DNA of 63,238 nucleotides, filler included, from Choristocarpus tenellus KU-1152 (lineage: Eukaryota; Protista; Phaeophyceae): assembly GCA_964200185.2 (NCBI GenBank). It is 13 parts of 13 records of this genome, joined end to end, with 100 filler letters (N's around TTAATTAATTAA, not from the genome) between each part and the next. Parts side by side here need not be neighbours in the genome. Positions count along the whole stretch, not along the records: positions 36,965 to 39,919 come from CAXNAD020023391.1; positions 40,020 to 43,401 come from CAXNAD020020409.1; positions 43,502 to 46,956 come from CAXNAD020019923.1; positions 47,057 to 49,936 come from CAXNAD020023968.1; positions 50,037 to 55,107 come from CAXNAD020011976.1; 8 more parts are not named here. One strand, written 5' to 3'. This document shows positions 39,384-52,610 of the stretch, piece by piece. The notes under the pieces were generated by a model. The model made no database searches. It was not told the DNA's origin and worked only from the letters and a program-made list of their open reading frames with translations. The translations under genes and the position numbers were made by a program. Every line of letters starts with the position of its first letter. The stretch's first letter is position 1.

Positions 39384-39816
39384 GTAAGATGTTGGAATTA
39401 GCAGATCAGGTGCATATCATTGTCCGTTTAGAGGCTGGAATTAGCGTCCAAGTTCAACCTAATCATTTAATTATTATATTTTTGTCTTTTTGTGTGCGTG
39501 GGGGGAGGGGGGAGGGGGGAGTTTTTATTTTATTTTATTTTATTTTAACTTTTTGACAAATTCGATCCCTTTTTTTTTATTCATTTGTGTATTTTTTCTT
39601 TTTTTTTCTTATCTATGGGTGTAGATCAGGGTTAGGGCTCAGCTGATGTTTTGTTTTTTGTTTGTTGGTGATTTGGCCTTTTTTTTTCAGTCACAAAGAC
39701 ATACCGTGTAAGCCCCCATTTTTTTTTTTTAATGGTTGTGCGTTAATGATGGGGACTGGATGTTGATAGCAAGGAACGCTTGCTCTTTTGGTTCGATAAA
39801 AGATTGTGCTTTTTTT

Positions 39817-39852
<36 letters not shown>

Positions 39853-40019
39853 CTCTTTTTTTTGTTTTTTTTTTTTTTTAATTTTTATTTAAAAAATAAA
39901 AAATAAAAGAAATATATATNNNNNNNNNNNNNNNNNNNNNNNNNNNNNNNNNNNNNNNNNNNNTTAATTAATTAANNNNNNNNNNNNNNNNNNNNNNNNN
40001 NNNNNNNNNNNNNNNNNNN

Positions 40020-40061
<42 letters not shown>

Positions 40062-43000
40062 GAGGGGGGGGGGGGGCATGACTGCCTCCACCAATGTCAA
40101 CCTAGGTTTGGTGTGTTTAATACTCTTCTACTGGTATGGTTAATGCTGCAAGGGAAGAGTTTGGGTTGAGATGAGGTACATACATATGCTCACTCTTTGA
40201 TAGGACAGCAGTTACATAACATCTGTTCCACCCCTCCACCTTCACGTTTTTTTTTCTGGCCTCTCCATTTTTTTTGGGACTACTACACCATACTCTGTTG
40301 GTTGTGATCTGTTGAGTTGTTTGATGGTCTTTCTATTTTCTTACTCTGGGCTGTGGGCAAACCTCATCTGCAAAGGAGGACAAACAAGCAAGCAGAGCTC
40401 TTTTACGTGCATGTGTTGTGTTTGCAGCATGGAGTGGGATGGATGCAAAGTTCATTTTGTGGGATAAGTGCAAGCTGCATTGTATTCCCTAAGCAAGAGA
40501 GGGTTCAGGAGATTTGACACTGAGAAAGCTGTATCAGGAGTGGAGAAGAGCATGTAGAGGGTGAGAGTGACTGATAATGACTGCAAACAACATGTGGGGC
40601 TTGGTTGTAAATGCAGGATGGTGGGGACTACTTATATTGAACTTGGCGAATGGGTACAGTAGTGGGAGATACTGAGACAGGAGAGGGGGTGGAGGGGACA
40701 CCCTCTTGAATGTTCCATGGTGGAGCTGTTTCTTGTAAGCATTGTGTAGGAGATCATGGTGATAAAGAAATTAGGGAAGACTAATAGCAAGGCACTGTTG
40801 TTTTGTACTTTGGTTGATAGTTTCCTGCTTGGTTATCTTGTGCTTTTTTTCCTCTTGTGTGTGCGCTGCCTAAGTTTGATAGTTCATCCACGAGGATTTA
40901 GCAGGCAAGACACATACGAATGGAAAAGAAACACCAAATCAACCTAGAGTTTGGGCAAAGCTTTGATGAGGCAGGGTTTAGTTCCAGTGGACCAACATGC
41001 AGTATACACTTCCTAATCTATGTACACTACAGTAGTACAGTACAGTAAGAGTGGTTTAGAGTACCATGTGCTGAACCTCATGCTGTATGTGGAGTCAGAA
41101 TTGCCTTTACTGATGGTGATACAAAGAAACATGTAACTCTACACATTCAAGCACTTCGTACTCCTGAAATAATGAGGCCCACCTATTGGTCAACACACTG
41201 CATGGTCACACAGAAAGAGTAGAATGATAGGCAGAGTACTTCACAATCGAGGGGAGTTAGGATCAGAAGTCTTCCGCTCTTGCCTAACATAGTACTGTTG
41301 GGACGGATTTTTTTATGAGGGTGTCCCATTGTTGGAAGGTAGGAGGGTATGTTTGCAATTGTTCATTTTAGCCCATTTTCCCATTACTTCATGTAGGACA
41401 CCTATTATCTTGGAGACTTCTGGGCATAAAGATATTCCAAGATTAGAACTGTCCAATAAAATTTGGTCCATGTAGGGTATGCACGAATGATAGGCAAATA
41501 TTTCTTCCACAAAGACATCAGTGTGTGAGATAATGATTTTCCAGATCCTCATGTAAAATGAGTAAGGTAGGACCACAATTGGCCAAGCACACCTTTGTTG
41601 TGGCGTCAACAAAGTAATTGTATCATATCAAACATGCCATCGCTGTTGCAGGAGCTGTGTGAATAGTTGTAACTTATGCCAGGCATTCCCCTCCTTGGGA
41701 CTTGTAATCCAAGGTAGCATACGCTGGAATGTTGGTCAAGGTAGTTTTGACTTTTTTGTACCATTTGCTGCATATTTTCTCTGTATATACTCATAATTAT
41801 GCTTTGACCATCAAGTCAACTACTAGGCTACCTTAGAAACTTATTTTTATTGGTCTTCTCACTCCTAAGTTTCTGACGAGTAAGGAAGCAAAGTACAGCA
41901 TCTATTACCTTCTGCTAATACATACTTCTAAGTAGAAAGGAGGAACAAAATGGACCGAATGTACCTTACCTCACTTAACAAACCAAACAGCAGTCATAGT
42001 AGACAACATTCACTCGTCCCTAGGTCAGAAAATGCAGACAACAAATAGAGGCTGGATTAATATATCCCCATTCTCAGAATTCCTTGCCCTGGTCATCATC
42101 CAGTCATACCCCCAGCTCTAGTTTCCGTTTCTTCCTGCTGCTTTTGCCACAAACACATTACACTCACCAAACAAATTGTCCTTTCACAAACAGAAAATAA
42201 TCACACAACAACGAGGACAAGTACTGGGTTAGAATTTTGCAAAGAGGGCGAAGGCTTGATCACGAAAAAAAAAAATACAAGAACCCCTTCAAGGCATCTG
42301 CCCACCCGTTATCATGTACCCACACGCAAAATTCGAGCCAACCAACCCATCGTTTCAGCAGTCACAATCTACACGCCCATATCTCCACCATACTCCTTAC
42401 TCCTCAACAATGTGAAGACACATGATCCCAACTGTGGTATTTCCCCTTCAGTGTCTCACATGGTGTGACAGAGCATGAATGGATGCTCACCCACACCAAT
42501 CACACGTGCTCCTCAATACACCTCATCTCTAGGCAGACAGCCTTAAACAAATTACTGCTTTCCCCTATCGCACCCCTTCCCATCCCCTCACCTCCCAACT
42601 GGCCTGACCTCCATCTTCCTTTGCTGCAACCCCTTACCTCACATCTATCCACTTGATGTGTGTCAAAAAGCACCAACCTCAACTCTATACTGCCCCCAAC
42701 AATACACCATTAAACTAAGGTCATCCACCAGCACCTTAGACATCCCACAGGCCTACCAAGGTAGCATCAATTAAGCAGTCTCTCCATGTCTTCCATCGAT
42801 AAGCCTCCCCCCACTGGTGGTGTTCCCTTGCGTTGCACAGGAGTCCCTGGTGCCATGTGCATCTAAACAATTCAGGAGGCAAGATGATGAGGAAAAGACT
42901 TTAGTTCAGCATGTGCGTAAGCATTCCACAGGGACCTTCCCCGCAGCACGACTGCAGTACAGGTAAAAAGATGAAAACAAAACATCCTCTCTATACTTCA

Positions 43001-46000
43001 AAACAATGGGGCAAAATGAGCAGAACAAAACAGCCTGAAATGAAGTAAGACAATGAATCACACATGAATGTACCCACAAAAAAACAAACACCAGGTTAGG
43101 GTTCACAACCATCAATGACAAACAGACAGCACTTGCCTTTCCAACCCCCACCTGACGCCCCCCTGTGCCCAGCCCCGCGCCTATCCCCATTGGCAGTGCA
43201 TTTACAGCCCCCCGAGTAGATCGTGCTCGCTGATCAAAGGCCATGCTTGCCCCCCCTACTCCCTGCCTCACACGCCGTGCTCCTGGCTGGTGCTCATGAA
43301 AGGCAAACTGCTGGTGCTGCCTGTCCCCCCCCCCCTTCCCCCCCACCCCCCCGCCCCACCCCCCCCCCCCCCTTGACCCCCCCCAAACTGGCCGTTTTTC
43401 CNNNNNNNNNNNNNNNNNNNNNNNNNNNNNNNNNNNNNNNNNNNNTTAATTAATTAANNNNNNNNNNNNNNNNNNNNNNNNNNNNNNNNNNNNNNNNNNN
43501 NCCGCGTTGGTTTGCCCCCCCCCCCCCCCTCCCCAACCATGTCAGAGGTGGGGAGGTTGATGTAAGGTGGAAATAGTGGCGTTTGACGTTGTAGGCCTTG
43601 TTTGAGAGAAAATAAAAGGGATGTGCTGTTATATATATATAGTTGGTACATGGAAGGTGAGTGGGGGATGGTGTGGTGATGGACCTGACCCAATATGGGA
43701 CCTCCCTTCACATACACCCCTTAGCTCCAGTGTTAAGTTTTTTTAGTTCATTTCAATGAGTAGCCTTCCTTTTCACAGTTGAAGTGCTCTTCCCCTTCCA
43801 GCTTTGGAAACATGCCATTTGAGCAGAGTTGTCGTCCATGCTTGGACAAGAGTGAAATATTTTTGTGAGTATTCTCAGGGGAAAGTGCCCTTGTGAAAAG
43901 AAAAGAAAAAAACGTAGCAGAGGTGGGGGGAGGGTGGCCCTGAAGGGATCCCTGGATTGCAGTGTGAGGTTCAACCAACTCAGCTCTTTTGCTATCCACT
44001 GTGTTTAGTTTTTGATATATTTAGTCTATGTAGTTGAATAAGAGAACAACAATTGTCAGTCACAGTCTTCGATGCCACCATCAAATGGTCGAGCTGAGAG
44101 TGAAGCATCCGTGTGTGAGTAGTGAAAGGGGGGCCTCTGTCCTATGCCCCTTGTTCTGTAGCGAGTTGTACTTCCGTGCCACCAACCAGTCATTAATCCA
44201 CTGAGCTCTGCTGGTGGAAAGCATGGGGAGAAGGAAGACCTCTTTTTTGGGTGCTTTGTGACACAAATGCAGTGCTTGCTAGCCCTAGCCCCCCTTCATA
44301 TTGATGAAATTTGCGTGCGTTTGTCCTGGAGGAAGCGGAATATAAGAGTGAGCATGATGGTGCACTTGGCTTACCTTATCTCCTCACTACTCCACCTGTG
44401 ATTGCCTTACGGTAATATTGGTCCCCTCTGCCCGTGCTTGACTTGTGACTAAAACCAAGAAGAGTGTGGGTAGTGTTCTCAGGGGCTGCGAGGGAATGAG
44501 TCGGTGTTTTGAGCATGGTAGTGTGTTCTTTTCCCTCTTGACAGACTCATGAAACCCTGGCTGATTTTTTCATGGCAGCAAACAAGCCCCGTGCACAGAG
44601 AGCTGCCTGTGTCCTTGAGCATTGTCTCTTGGAGCTTGCGTGTTTGATGAGATGTACTGTGGCTGGAGTACCAGCTGCATTGCAATGCTGTGACACTGTA
44701 CAGGTGTATTGTCGTCACATTTTTTTTTGTTGTTGGGTTGCTAATTCAGCTTGTTGTGTTGATGTGTCATGTCCTCGGTAGCATTAACGTGTGTGTTGCT
44801 TTCAGTCTCCTATTGTTACAGGTGCTCTTGTTAGCATGTTGACCGACCGCCTGCCTTTGCCTATCTCGTGAATTGTTTTCTGCTCGTGGGTCTTGCAATG
44901 ACTCAAATAGGTTCCATCGATCCGAGTATATTTTTGTTATATTTGTGGCCTGTTCCACTGTTCTTGTAGTGGCATTTTCTTGTTACTGTGTAGGCAGTGT
45001 AATGCATGGCAGTTTTGCGTTTTCGGGCAGTCAGGTACAAGGGAATTGGAGTGGTGTCGTTGTTCATATCATAGTTATTATTATATAGAATAGGTACACT
45101 GTTCGTGCGTTACGGTATTTCAATATCCGCTGAGGTTACACTCACTTCGCTTTCTTTCTTAAACAACATGGACACATGGGACGATGTTAGGTGTTTCTAC
45201 TTTGTTACAGGTTATTATATAGGTTAATTCGCTTATTATAGGTGGTGTGGTGATTGGATGTTGGGTGTGTGTTGATTGTTATGCAAAGTGTATGTCTTTG
45301 GACTTTGATGCATTGATAAAAAAAGAAGTACATCTGCGATAGTAAAAAGACAAATAATAATTAAAATTATATGAGAAGAAAGGAATGCAACGTGTGGATT
45401 TTGAAGACTATCTACAGCAGCGCACAAAAACAGTACGGTTATGCATGAAACGAAATAACAGTCTCTGTATTTCGACCATTGAAGGACAATTCAATTTCTA
45501 TTTTCAACCTCCTCTGAAGAAGAACCTTCAGTAATACATCCATCACATTACCCAATTACTCTTATATTACGAGTTCTCAACTACTATATTATAGCTGAGT
45601 CGCAGATCCAGAGCTCTACAGAGTATGGTGGGGCTACTACTACTGTTGTAAAACAAAGGATCGACTTCGATCGTTTTGGGGGATACCAGGCTCCATAGGT
45701 CGGAATTCTGGAACCGATCTCCTCCCCTCTCTCATCCAGTCCAACCTCAGAAGCATGAGAGTTTCAGAACGCCACAGATCATTCACAGTTACACAACCCA
45801 CAACATTTTCAATATTCTAAAAACAGTGCCACACAGTCTCACAGGTTTTCTTTAGAGTGGTCAAGATTGGCCCACCTGTGAATTCCCTGTTGCACAAGAA
45901 ACTCGGCACCCAGCTGTGACTCCCTGCCTTGGTTGGGGACACCAGAAACAGCTTGCAGTTATTAGTTCGTACAATAGTTGCCAATAAAAACTAGAGGAGG

Positions 46001-46795
46001 TATTACTATTGTCAAAAAGTGGAAGACAAACGTTTACTTGCCGATTTTTCATTTGCCACCACAAAAAATTGTATTATCATTTTAGAAGTACATGTCCTAC
46101 CAAAAACAAGCAAGAAGCAGGTCAAGGCCCTCATTCAGGAAATAGAAATCTGGAAACAATGTCATAAGCAATGCTTCTACTGGCCTGTTAGGGAAGGGTA
46201 GGCAATATAGTAAGGAGTCATTCTCACGACAAATGTACGTGATAAATCACCATCTATCATCGCCATACGATTCCAGGGCAGTCCACAGCACCCAGAATCC
46301 CTGTGCACAAGGGATACTTTATTGTCAAGGCAATTGCTCGGTTTGTACAAGGTTGGATGACTCCTCTGACAACAACGTCTTAACCTGATGGTAGTGGACC
46401 TTTGAAATTCACGCAATGAAGGTGGGGTGTTCGAGAATGGTAATGACTCCAACAATAGGTGGGTCTGCCCAAGATGCGGCAAAAATTCGGAACGGTTGTC
46501 ACTCAGAGTAATTGCTGTCCATTTTGAAGTTTATTTATAGGGCCAAGCTGCACATAACATACGTTAGGACACCTGAAAACCTATTAATTGTATCCATCTG
46601 TTACAGCATGGATGACTCGGTAGGACCTCCATATTACAACACGCTCCAGAACTCACCTCCACAGGATGTGCAACTCAAATCCAATGACCTTCAAACGACG
46701 CTATGGGGGCGTTGCCCTTGACAACAGTTTCTTGGGTGTCAGACAGTCTTCTCTCGATACTTCACTCAATGTGTAGGCTCAAAGCTTGACTGAAT

Positions 46796-46956
46796 GGGCT
46801 CAGAGTATCTGGGGGGGGATGGTGGCTGTCCATTTGGAGTCATTTTTTTCTTGTCTCGACTTTTGGATGATTTGGTTGTATACATCGGATGGATAGTGTA
46901 AATGCACTTTTCCTGATTTTGACCCAATTGGACACCCTGCTGTAGACCCCTCCCCC
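46796..46956. mobile_element. MITE family B (B1), nearly complete, cut at contig end
   Basis: AAT|GGGCTCAGAGTATCTGGGGGGGGATGGTGGCTGTCCATTTGG...CCAATTGGACACCC...GTAGACCCC. Confidence 0.88.
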
Positions 46957-47056
46957 NNNNNNNNNNNNNNNNNNNNNNNNNNNNNNNNNNNNNNNNNNNN
47001 TTAATTAATTAANNNNNNNNNNNNNNNNNNNNNNNNNNNNNNNNNNNNNNNNNNNN

Positions 47057-48844
47057 ACACCAAGTCGAACAATCTTGGGGGGTGGTTGGCCTGGTGAATC
47101 TGAAGGGTCTGTGCAGAGACCTCCAAAACCCCGTGACTTCTGCCCAACTGCGGATCTTGTATTGGACATCTGCTCATCGCGATGGGCTAGTGTCGAAAAC
47201 ATGGCACGTCAAATGGCTGAAGGAACAAGTATTTCTTCGACAATTAGAAGATGTCACAGCTTGCCAAGACTACTCTCTCAGGCCGGGCAGCAGATAACCA
47301 CCATGGGATCAGAACGTCTGCATTTTGATCGAACGGGTTTGTGTTCATCCTACTCATTGCACCTCAGAGCCCTTATGGCCTTCCGTAGGTGCGTTTAAAC
47401 AACTTAAGGGTGTATAAATGTGTGTATTCTCTGGGTTGCTGCGATAGATCGACAGATCATGGAGGGCCGAGTTCACACCAAGATGTCTTTGTTATTAAAG
47501 TACCTAGTATTGCCCGCACGAGTCGCCGACACCTCCATACCTTGATGGTAAATCTTAATTTGATGCTCATCAACTCAATGGACTTGACGATAGAGTGGGG
47601 GTAGGGGGTAAGGGGTGGCAGGGTCTGGGAGGTACCAGGTACGGTACCTGGGAACGACTTCACTACTATACAGCGATGGCATATTAAAATAATAAGAATC
47701 GTAAGGCGTAACATACCCTCCGGGTTCCATCTTGTCACCCCCCTACGCCCACCAGCAACTCAATAACGTTGAAGGTGGTTAATCGTCTTAGTTAAATCTC
47801 GAGTGTCTCGATTGCATTTGCAGGATAGGTTGGTCCGGGATTGGTGTGGTTGCTATGATTTAGAGTCAACCACACATAAATCTGTTTGAGTGAATCAACA
47901 TGTATCTCATAATCATATATTCGATTTCTCCTGGTTCCCTTTCTCAGGCTTGGGACGAGGCCCCAGTCCCAGCCAGAGGTATTTTTCCTCGACGCGTCGA
48001 ACCTGCCTTCAGCACTAGCATCTATCGATCCAACCTTGACCGAAGCAGCTGTGGTGAAGTGGATGGAGGCGAATGGCTACGGGCAGGTGAATGCCCGCAT
48101 ATCACTGCTGTAAATACTTCAACTTTGTCATACTTGAAGCTTTTTTTGTTCCTTTCCTTGGCCATTTCAGTGCTGCACCGCTGCTCAATGGTGATACCTA
48201 CCTTTACCTTGCAGTTTTTGCAGAGTGTGATGCTGTGAAGTAATTTCTCAACTCTATATGCAATGGGTGACAGTGACTCTCAAACCTCAGACAGATCATA
48301 AGTTATCTAGAGCCGGGGCTAAGAGTCATTGAAGTTGGAGATTAATAGAAGAAAGTCTAGCACTTATATAAATCCTTCCTCGCAATAGTGTAGGAAAATT
48401 TATTTCACACACCGAGTGATTATAGCAATTCTCTGTCGTGTCGGGTGAAAGGTACTGTTTCATCACACCTTCTAAGGACAAAATGATCGCATGAAATACG
48501 TTCGTATTTCATAGGCATTTCCTGTGCTCCCTTCACCTGGGATCCTTGCACAGGGAGGAGGCAACACAAACCGTGAAGCCCTTTCATGGACTGAGTTCGA
48601 GCAAGTTCTATTTGATATCTGTCCGGCATTTCGAGAGAGGAAGGCTGACTCTCACAGTTCCTTACATCATCTCAGGCCAAGCAGTAGCATTGGTCGTTCC
48701 TTAAGTGAAGAACGATTTACAATGGGAAATTCTCTGCGTGGTGGTCCACAGGCTTCAAATGCAAATACATTTAACATTCTCACAAGAAAACGGCATGCTG
48801 CAACTTCATTGGACTACGAGCAAGCAACGAGAGAGCCACCTCAG
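47057..48844 (+). CDS. Possible exons of an uncharacterised protein
   Basis: Open, coding-like stretches at about 47057-47281, 47948-48086 and 48554-48844, the last two with AG/GT flanks (e.g. EALSWTEFEQVLFDICP). No family recognised, and the phases do not all reconcile. Confidence 0.35.
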
Positions 48845-49477
48845 GTAACCCTTGTGTCATGCGCTATTGGACTTGCTGGGTATGCACAGCAAGACGGAGA
48901 CTGGATGATGATATTATTGAATATTATTGCATATTTTTGTTTAATTAGTATCGATAACCTGGGACTATATATTAATATATACATATATAATCCCTGCGGT
49001 CAGAGTGACACTACACACCGCTCTAATTCTCATACTATTTACAATATCTAACTGTTGCACTGTGACTAATTGCTCTTCGTTGATTCAGCCATTCCTTCTC
49101 GTGCAAAGGGTTCAGTCACCCCACTGCTCATCACTCTGCCACCTCCCTCCCTCATCAAAACGGTGCTGGAATCACATTGGATTCGCTTGGGCAATGAAGA
49201 ATGCGTGTTTATGGTATAGTGAAAGATAGGATAGCACACTTTGCCACACGGATGTTGAAGAATCAAAACCAGTTTTCCTTCACGAAAAATCTGTGCCTAA
49301 AATTTGTTCGAAACTGCGAAATCAATGTGGAAGAGTACTGAACGATGAGGACACTCAACGGTGGTATGCATGGACCATCACCCCTGACTACATTCCGAAA
49401 TTTACGTTCTACTCCAGAGTACTTGGGTGTTATAAAACGAACAAATTTACTGAAAAATGACGCCCACACATGCGTCA

Positions 49478-49737
49478 GAGCCAAAATATCTTAAGAGGGT
49501 AGGACCTCGTCCGTTCGGGATCATAAATCCGATGCTGCGATTTTTGATGAATTTTGGTTATTGTGTTTGTTAGGAAGTGTCTATATCCTTGCTCTGGATG
49601 CATGTTTCATAGTCGTATACATTTTAGGTAGCTGTGTTCACACAGAAAACCGGAAAAGGGCATAAAAAACCAGTGGGAAGTCAAGCCCCAACCGGACAAA
49701 GAGGGGAATTATTCCAACCTGTTAAATGCCTTCAATC
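49478..49737. mobile_element. MITE family A, diverged subfamily (260 bp), TSD TCA
   Basis: TCA|GAGCCAAAATATCTTAAGAGGGTA...TTAAATGCCTTCAATC|TCA. The interior is colinear with 11973-12232 except at the hairpin. Confidence 0.85.
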
Positions 49738-49872
49738 TCAGAATATATTACTTACTAGTAGTACTAGTGAGAATATACTGAGGGGGTGAGGGATGTGCAG
49801 GGCAAATGCATCCAAATTGTTCGACGTGATGCAAGCTCCCTATGTAGGTCACACCGTTGGTGTATCTCTATT

Positions 49873-49936
49873 GGGTCAAAGTGTCTGGGGGGTGGGGGGT
49901 GGTTTGTGAGGGGGCGTCCGTTTCGGTCAAACAACT
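49873..49936. mobile_element. MITE family B (B2) terminus at contig end
   Basis: ATT|GGGTCAAAGTGTCTGGGG...GGTTTGTGAGGGGGCGTCCGTTT, the reverse complement of 115-171. Confidence 0.85.
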
Positions 49937-50046
49937 NNNNNNNNNNNNNNNNNNNNNNNNNNNNNNNNNNNNNNNNNNNNTTAATTAATTAANNNNNNNN
50001 NNNNNNNNNNNNNNNNNNNNNNNNNNNNNNNNNNNNGGGGGGGCTT

Positions 50047-50166
50047 CCAATCACAGCGGTCAAAACCTTAGAAGTTCAGAAAATAAAGGACCAATCACAG
50101 CAGTCAAAATCTTAGAAGTTCAGGAAAAAAAAGTGGACCAATCACAGCAGTCAAAAACCTTGGAAG
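50047..50166. repeat. About 45-bp tandem repeat, about 2.7 copies
   Basis: CCAATCACAGC(A/G)GTCAAAA.CTT.GAAG occurs three times. Confidence 0.85.
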
Positions 50167-50310
50167 ATAAGATCAGTACACCAGAGTGACTACTATCGAA
50201 CAAGAAACCATACTTGAGCTTGGTGGATGAAACCTCGGTCTGAAAAACGCCTGCGATCCTGAGCACACTGCAAACCTAACTAGGGAGTGCATCGATTGGC
50301 ACGTCATCAC

Positions 50311-52610
50311 CTTATAGTCACAGCCATGTCGCGTCATGAGGGTCGCAATGTAGCCCTGGTCCTCATCCGACATGGGCCGCCTCGCTGAATTACGGTCCAC
50401 AACTCTGAAGTCGTCGCTGTCCGGTACATCTGAAGCAGTAGATTGTGTAGTTCCACAAATTTAAGGGCGAAGGGGAGGGGGGGGCAGGGGCGGTATCGGG
50501 GGATTGCAGGCACATGTTGCTTCACTTCACATAGTTTTCAATCATCACTCACAAAACCTTGGGAGCATGATGGTGGACCCGGTGGTATCGAAATAGTGCA
50601 CTTGATGTGCAAGCGCTGGATCAAAACAAAATTAAGTTCACCGTTCACACACCAGACCTACCGAAGAGCTGCGCTGCGTTGATTCTTCCGTTCCCTTGCG
50701 ATGCATCCGCTTCACCTTGCAACCCAACATTGACTTTGGCACGAACTCCCATCTTGATCAAGTTTTCATTCGCCTTGAGGTTGCTGTCCCATATTCCCTT
50801 TTCCGCGAGAGCGGTTGTCATTTACAATGTTGGTTGTCAGAGAGATGGCGCGGATGCCGCGATCGCACCGATTTTACCAGCGAGCAGTCACGAAAGAGTC
50901 TGAACAGAGTACTGTTGGGGGCAAGTAGAAACATTGCCATTTGAGGGCACCAGCTAAGATGCAGAGTGAGTTTGTCAAAAACTGTAGTGCGTACTACATC
51001 ACTTGTACCTATCCTAACATTGGGACCTAATAATGCCAAAAATAAAGAAGTGCATCAGGCCAGGCCAGGCGAGAAGGTCTTTCTTACTCCATCCCCGATC
51101 ACCATCAAGGCGATAGTCAAAATCAACTCAAGATACACATTGACGCACGGTGCGGATCGAAGGTCCAGGCCTGAACTGTGCTCCAGTTGAAGGCGTAAGT
51201 TGGCACAGTTCTGAGTCAGAATTTATGACGTTGAACTCCACAGGATTCAGAAAAGTGGAATTGGACGTCTAGGAGCAAAATATGCAAGAGGACCATCAAC
51301 CACAGGGAGATCTCAACAACGGCACTATCTGAGGTTTCTGGACCATCTTGCTTTTGACAGACATCTCACAACCATCAGATTGTCCATCGTTCAAGTTTCC
51401 CTTTGATTCTCCATCATCTTTCACCTTTTCCGCGCCAACATTCATCTTACCTCGTTCGACTCATTGAATAAAAGCACTCCTGGAAAAGTGTACCGGTAAT
51501 GATGCGTGAATCAACTCACAAGAGGTTTTTTATTTTGTAACCTTCATCTGTTCATTGTGTGTAAAGTTCGGTTTGAACTCCACACTAAACAGTTAGGAAT
51601 GTTTATGGGATAGATGATGTCTAAGCATGTGTCGGCTCTTCGCCTCTTCACATGCGGCGTAGGACGAAGTAAAACGCATCATTCGATAAACAAATTAAGA
51701 AACAAGTCACAGAGCTCTTGTTAGTTCATTCGCGCATCTGCTCAGCTTTATTTTAACGCTAAAGCAAGCGAGAACCATTTCTGTGAATGTCTCGAGCTCT
51801 ACTTGGGCGCAAATAGTCCTGTTCAGAGGGATCCCTAAAAGTTGAGAAGATCTCGAAAAAGGACAGCAACCAGGGCCCATTCAATTATATTCAACTGCCC
51901 AATATTTACAGCAAGGCGTCTTCTGACTCACGCCCTGGAGATTCAGGATGGTAGCATATACGGAAGTAAAGGGCTGTTTGGACGTCATCAATGCTATGGG
52001 CATCATCAACACGTCTCCTCCTAAGGCAAAGGTAAACCTCAAGCAAAATGACCCAATAAAGGATACCATGCAACAGAACCCTTGCAAATTGGCTCATGAA
52101 CCAGAGTAGACAGGTTACATTCGCTAGTATACCCCTACAGAAGTCCACCAACCTCAACACACGAAGGCTTTGACACTCACTCCTTCTCACCTTCACCACT
52201 GAATCATGGATTTTCGGCTTCAGGAACTTGAAGCCTGAGGAAGATCAATAGAAGAGGTAGGAACCAACAAAGAGATCAGTGCGGTGGCGTCGTGACACAG
52301 CGGCACCAAGTTGACAAAGGCACAGCCTCACGCAAATCCTCCCAATACCTATTCAATACAAAGTTGAGCAGGGAAAGATACCAGCAGCACCACAGTGCTC
52401 GAAAAAACGCCTTGAGTAAATAAGGCACATCATAACTAATTTGATTGAACCTGACCTGAGAAAAAACCTCTGCAACAAGGACAAAGACATCTGGCCATGC
52501 GTCCAAACAATCTATTGGCAATCCGTCGTCTTTGTTCACTCACTGTTCTTCATTTTTCGTGAGACCTTGGGGGTCCCACTTCGTCGTCTCTTGGCCGCGT
52601 TCTTTGTCAT
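50311..52610 (-). CDS. NOP16: Ribosome biogenesis protein Nop16-like, first four exons (3' end off contig)
   Basis: Exons 52610-52544 (MTKNAAKRRRSGTPKVSRKMKN), 52234-52191 (FKFLKPKIHDSVVK), 50797-50662 (GIWDSNLKANENLIKMGV...) and 50429-50311 (VPDSD...PMSDEDQGYIATLMTRHGCDYK). All phases match, and the WD..N..G and YI..L...HG.DY motifs are typical of Nop16. Confidence 0.82.

Noticed and set aside
40020-40076. Long poly-G runs at contig edges (also about 4800-4870, 55010-55027, 63128-63220)
   Set aside because: Likely homopolymer or sequencing artefacts at assembly breaks, so not treated as functional G-quadruplexes.
42906-43401. Gly-rich minus-strand ORF that may be an exon
   Set aside because: Low complexity, cut by the contig end, and no recognisable family.
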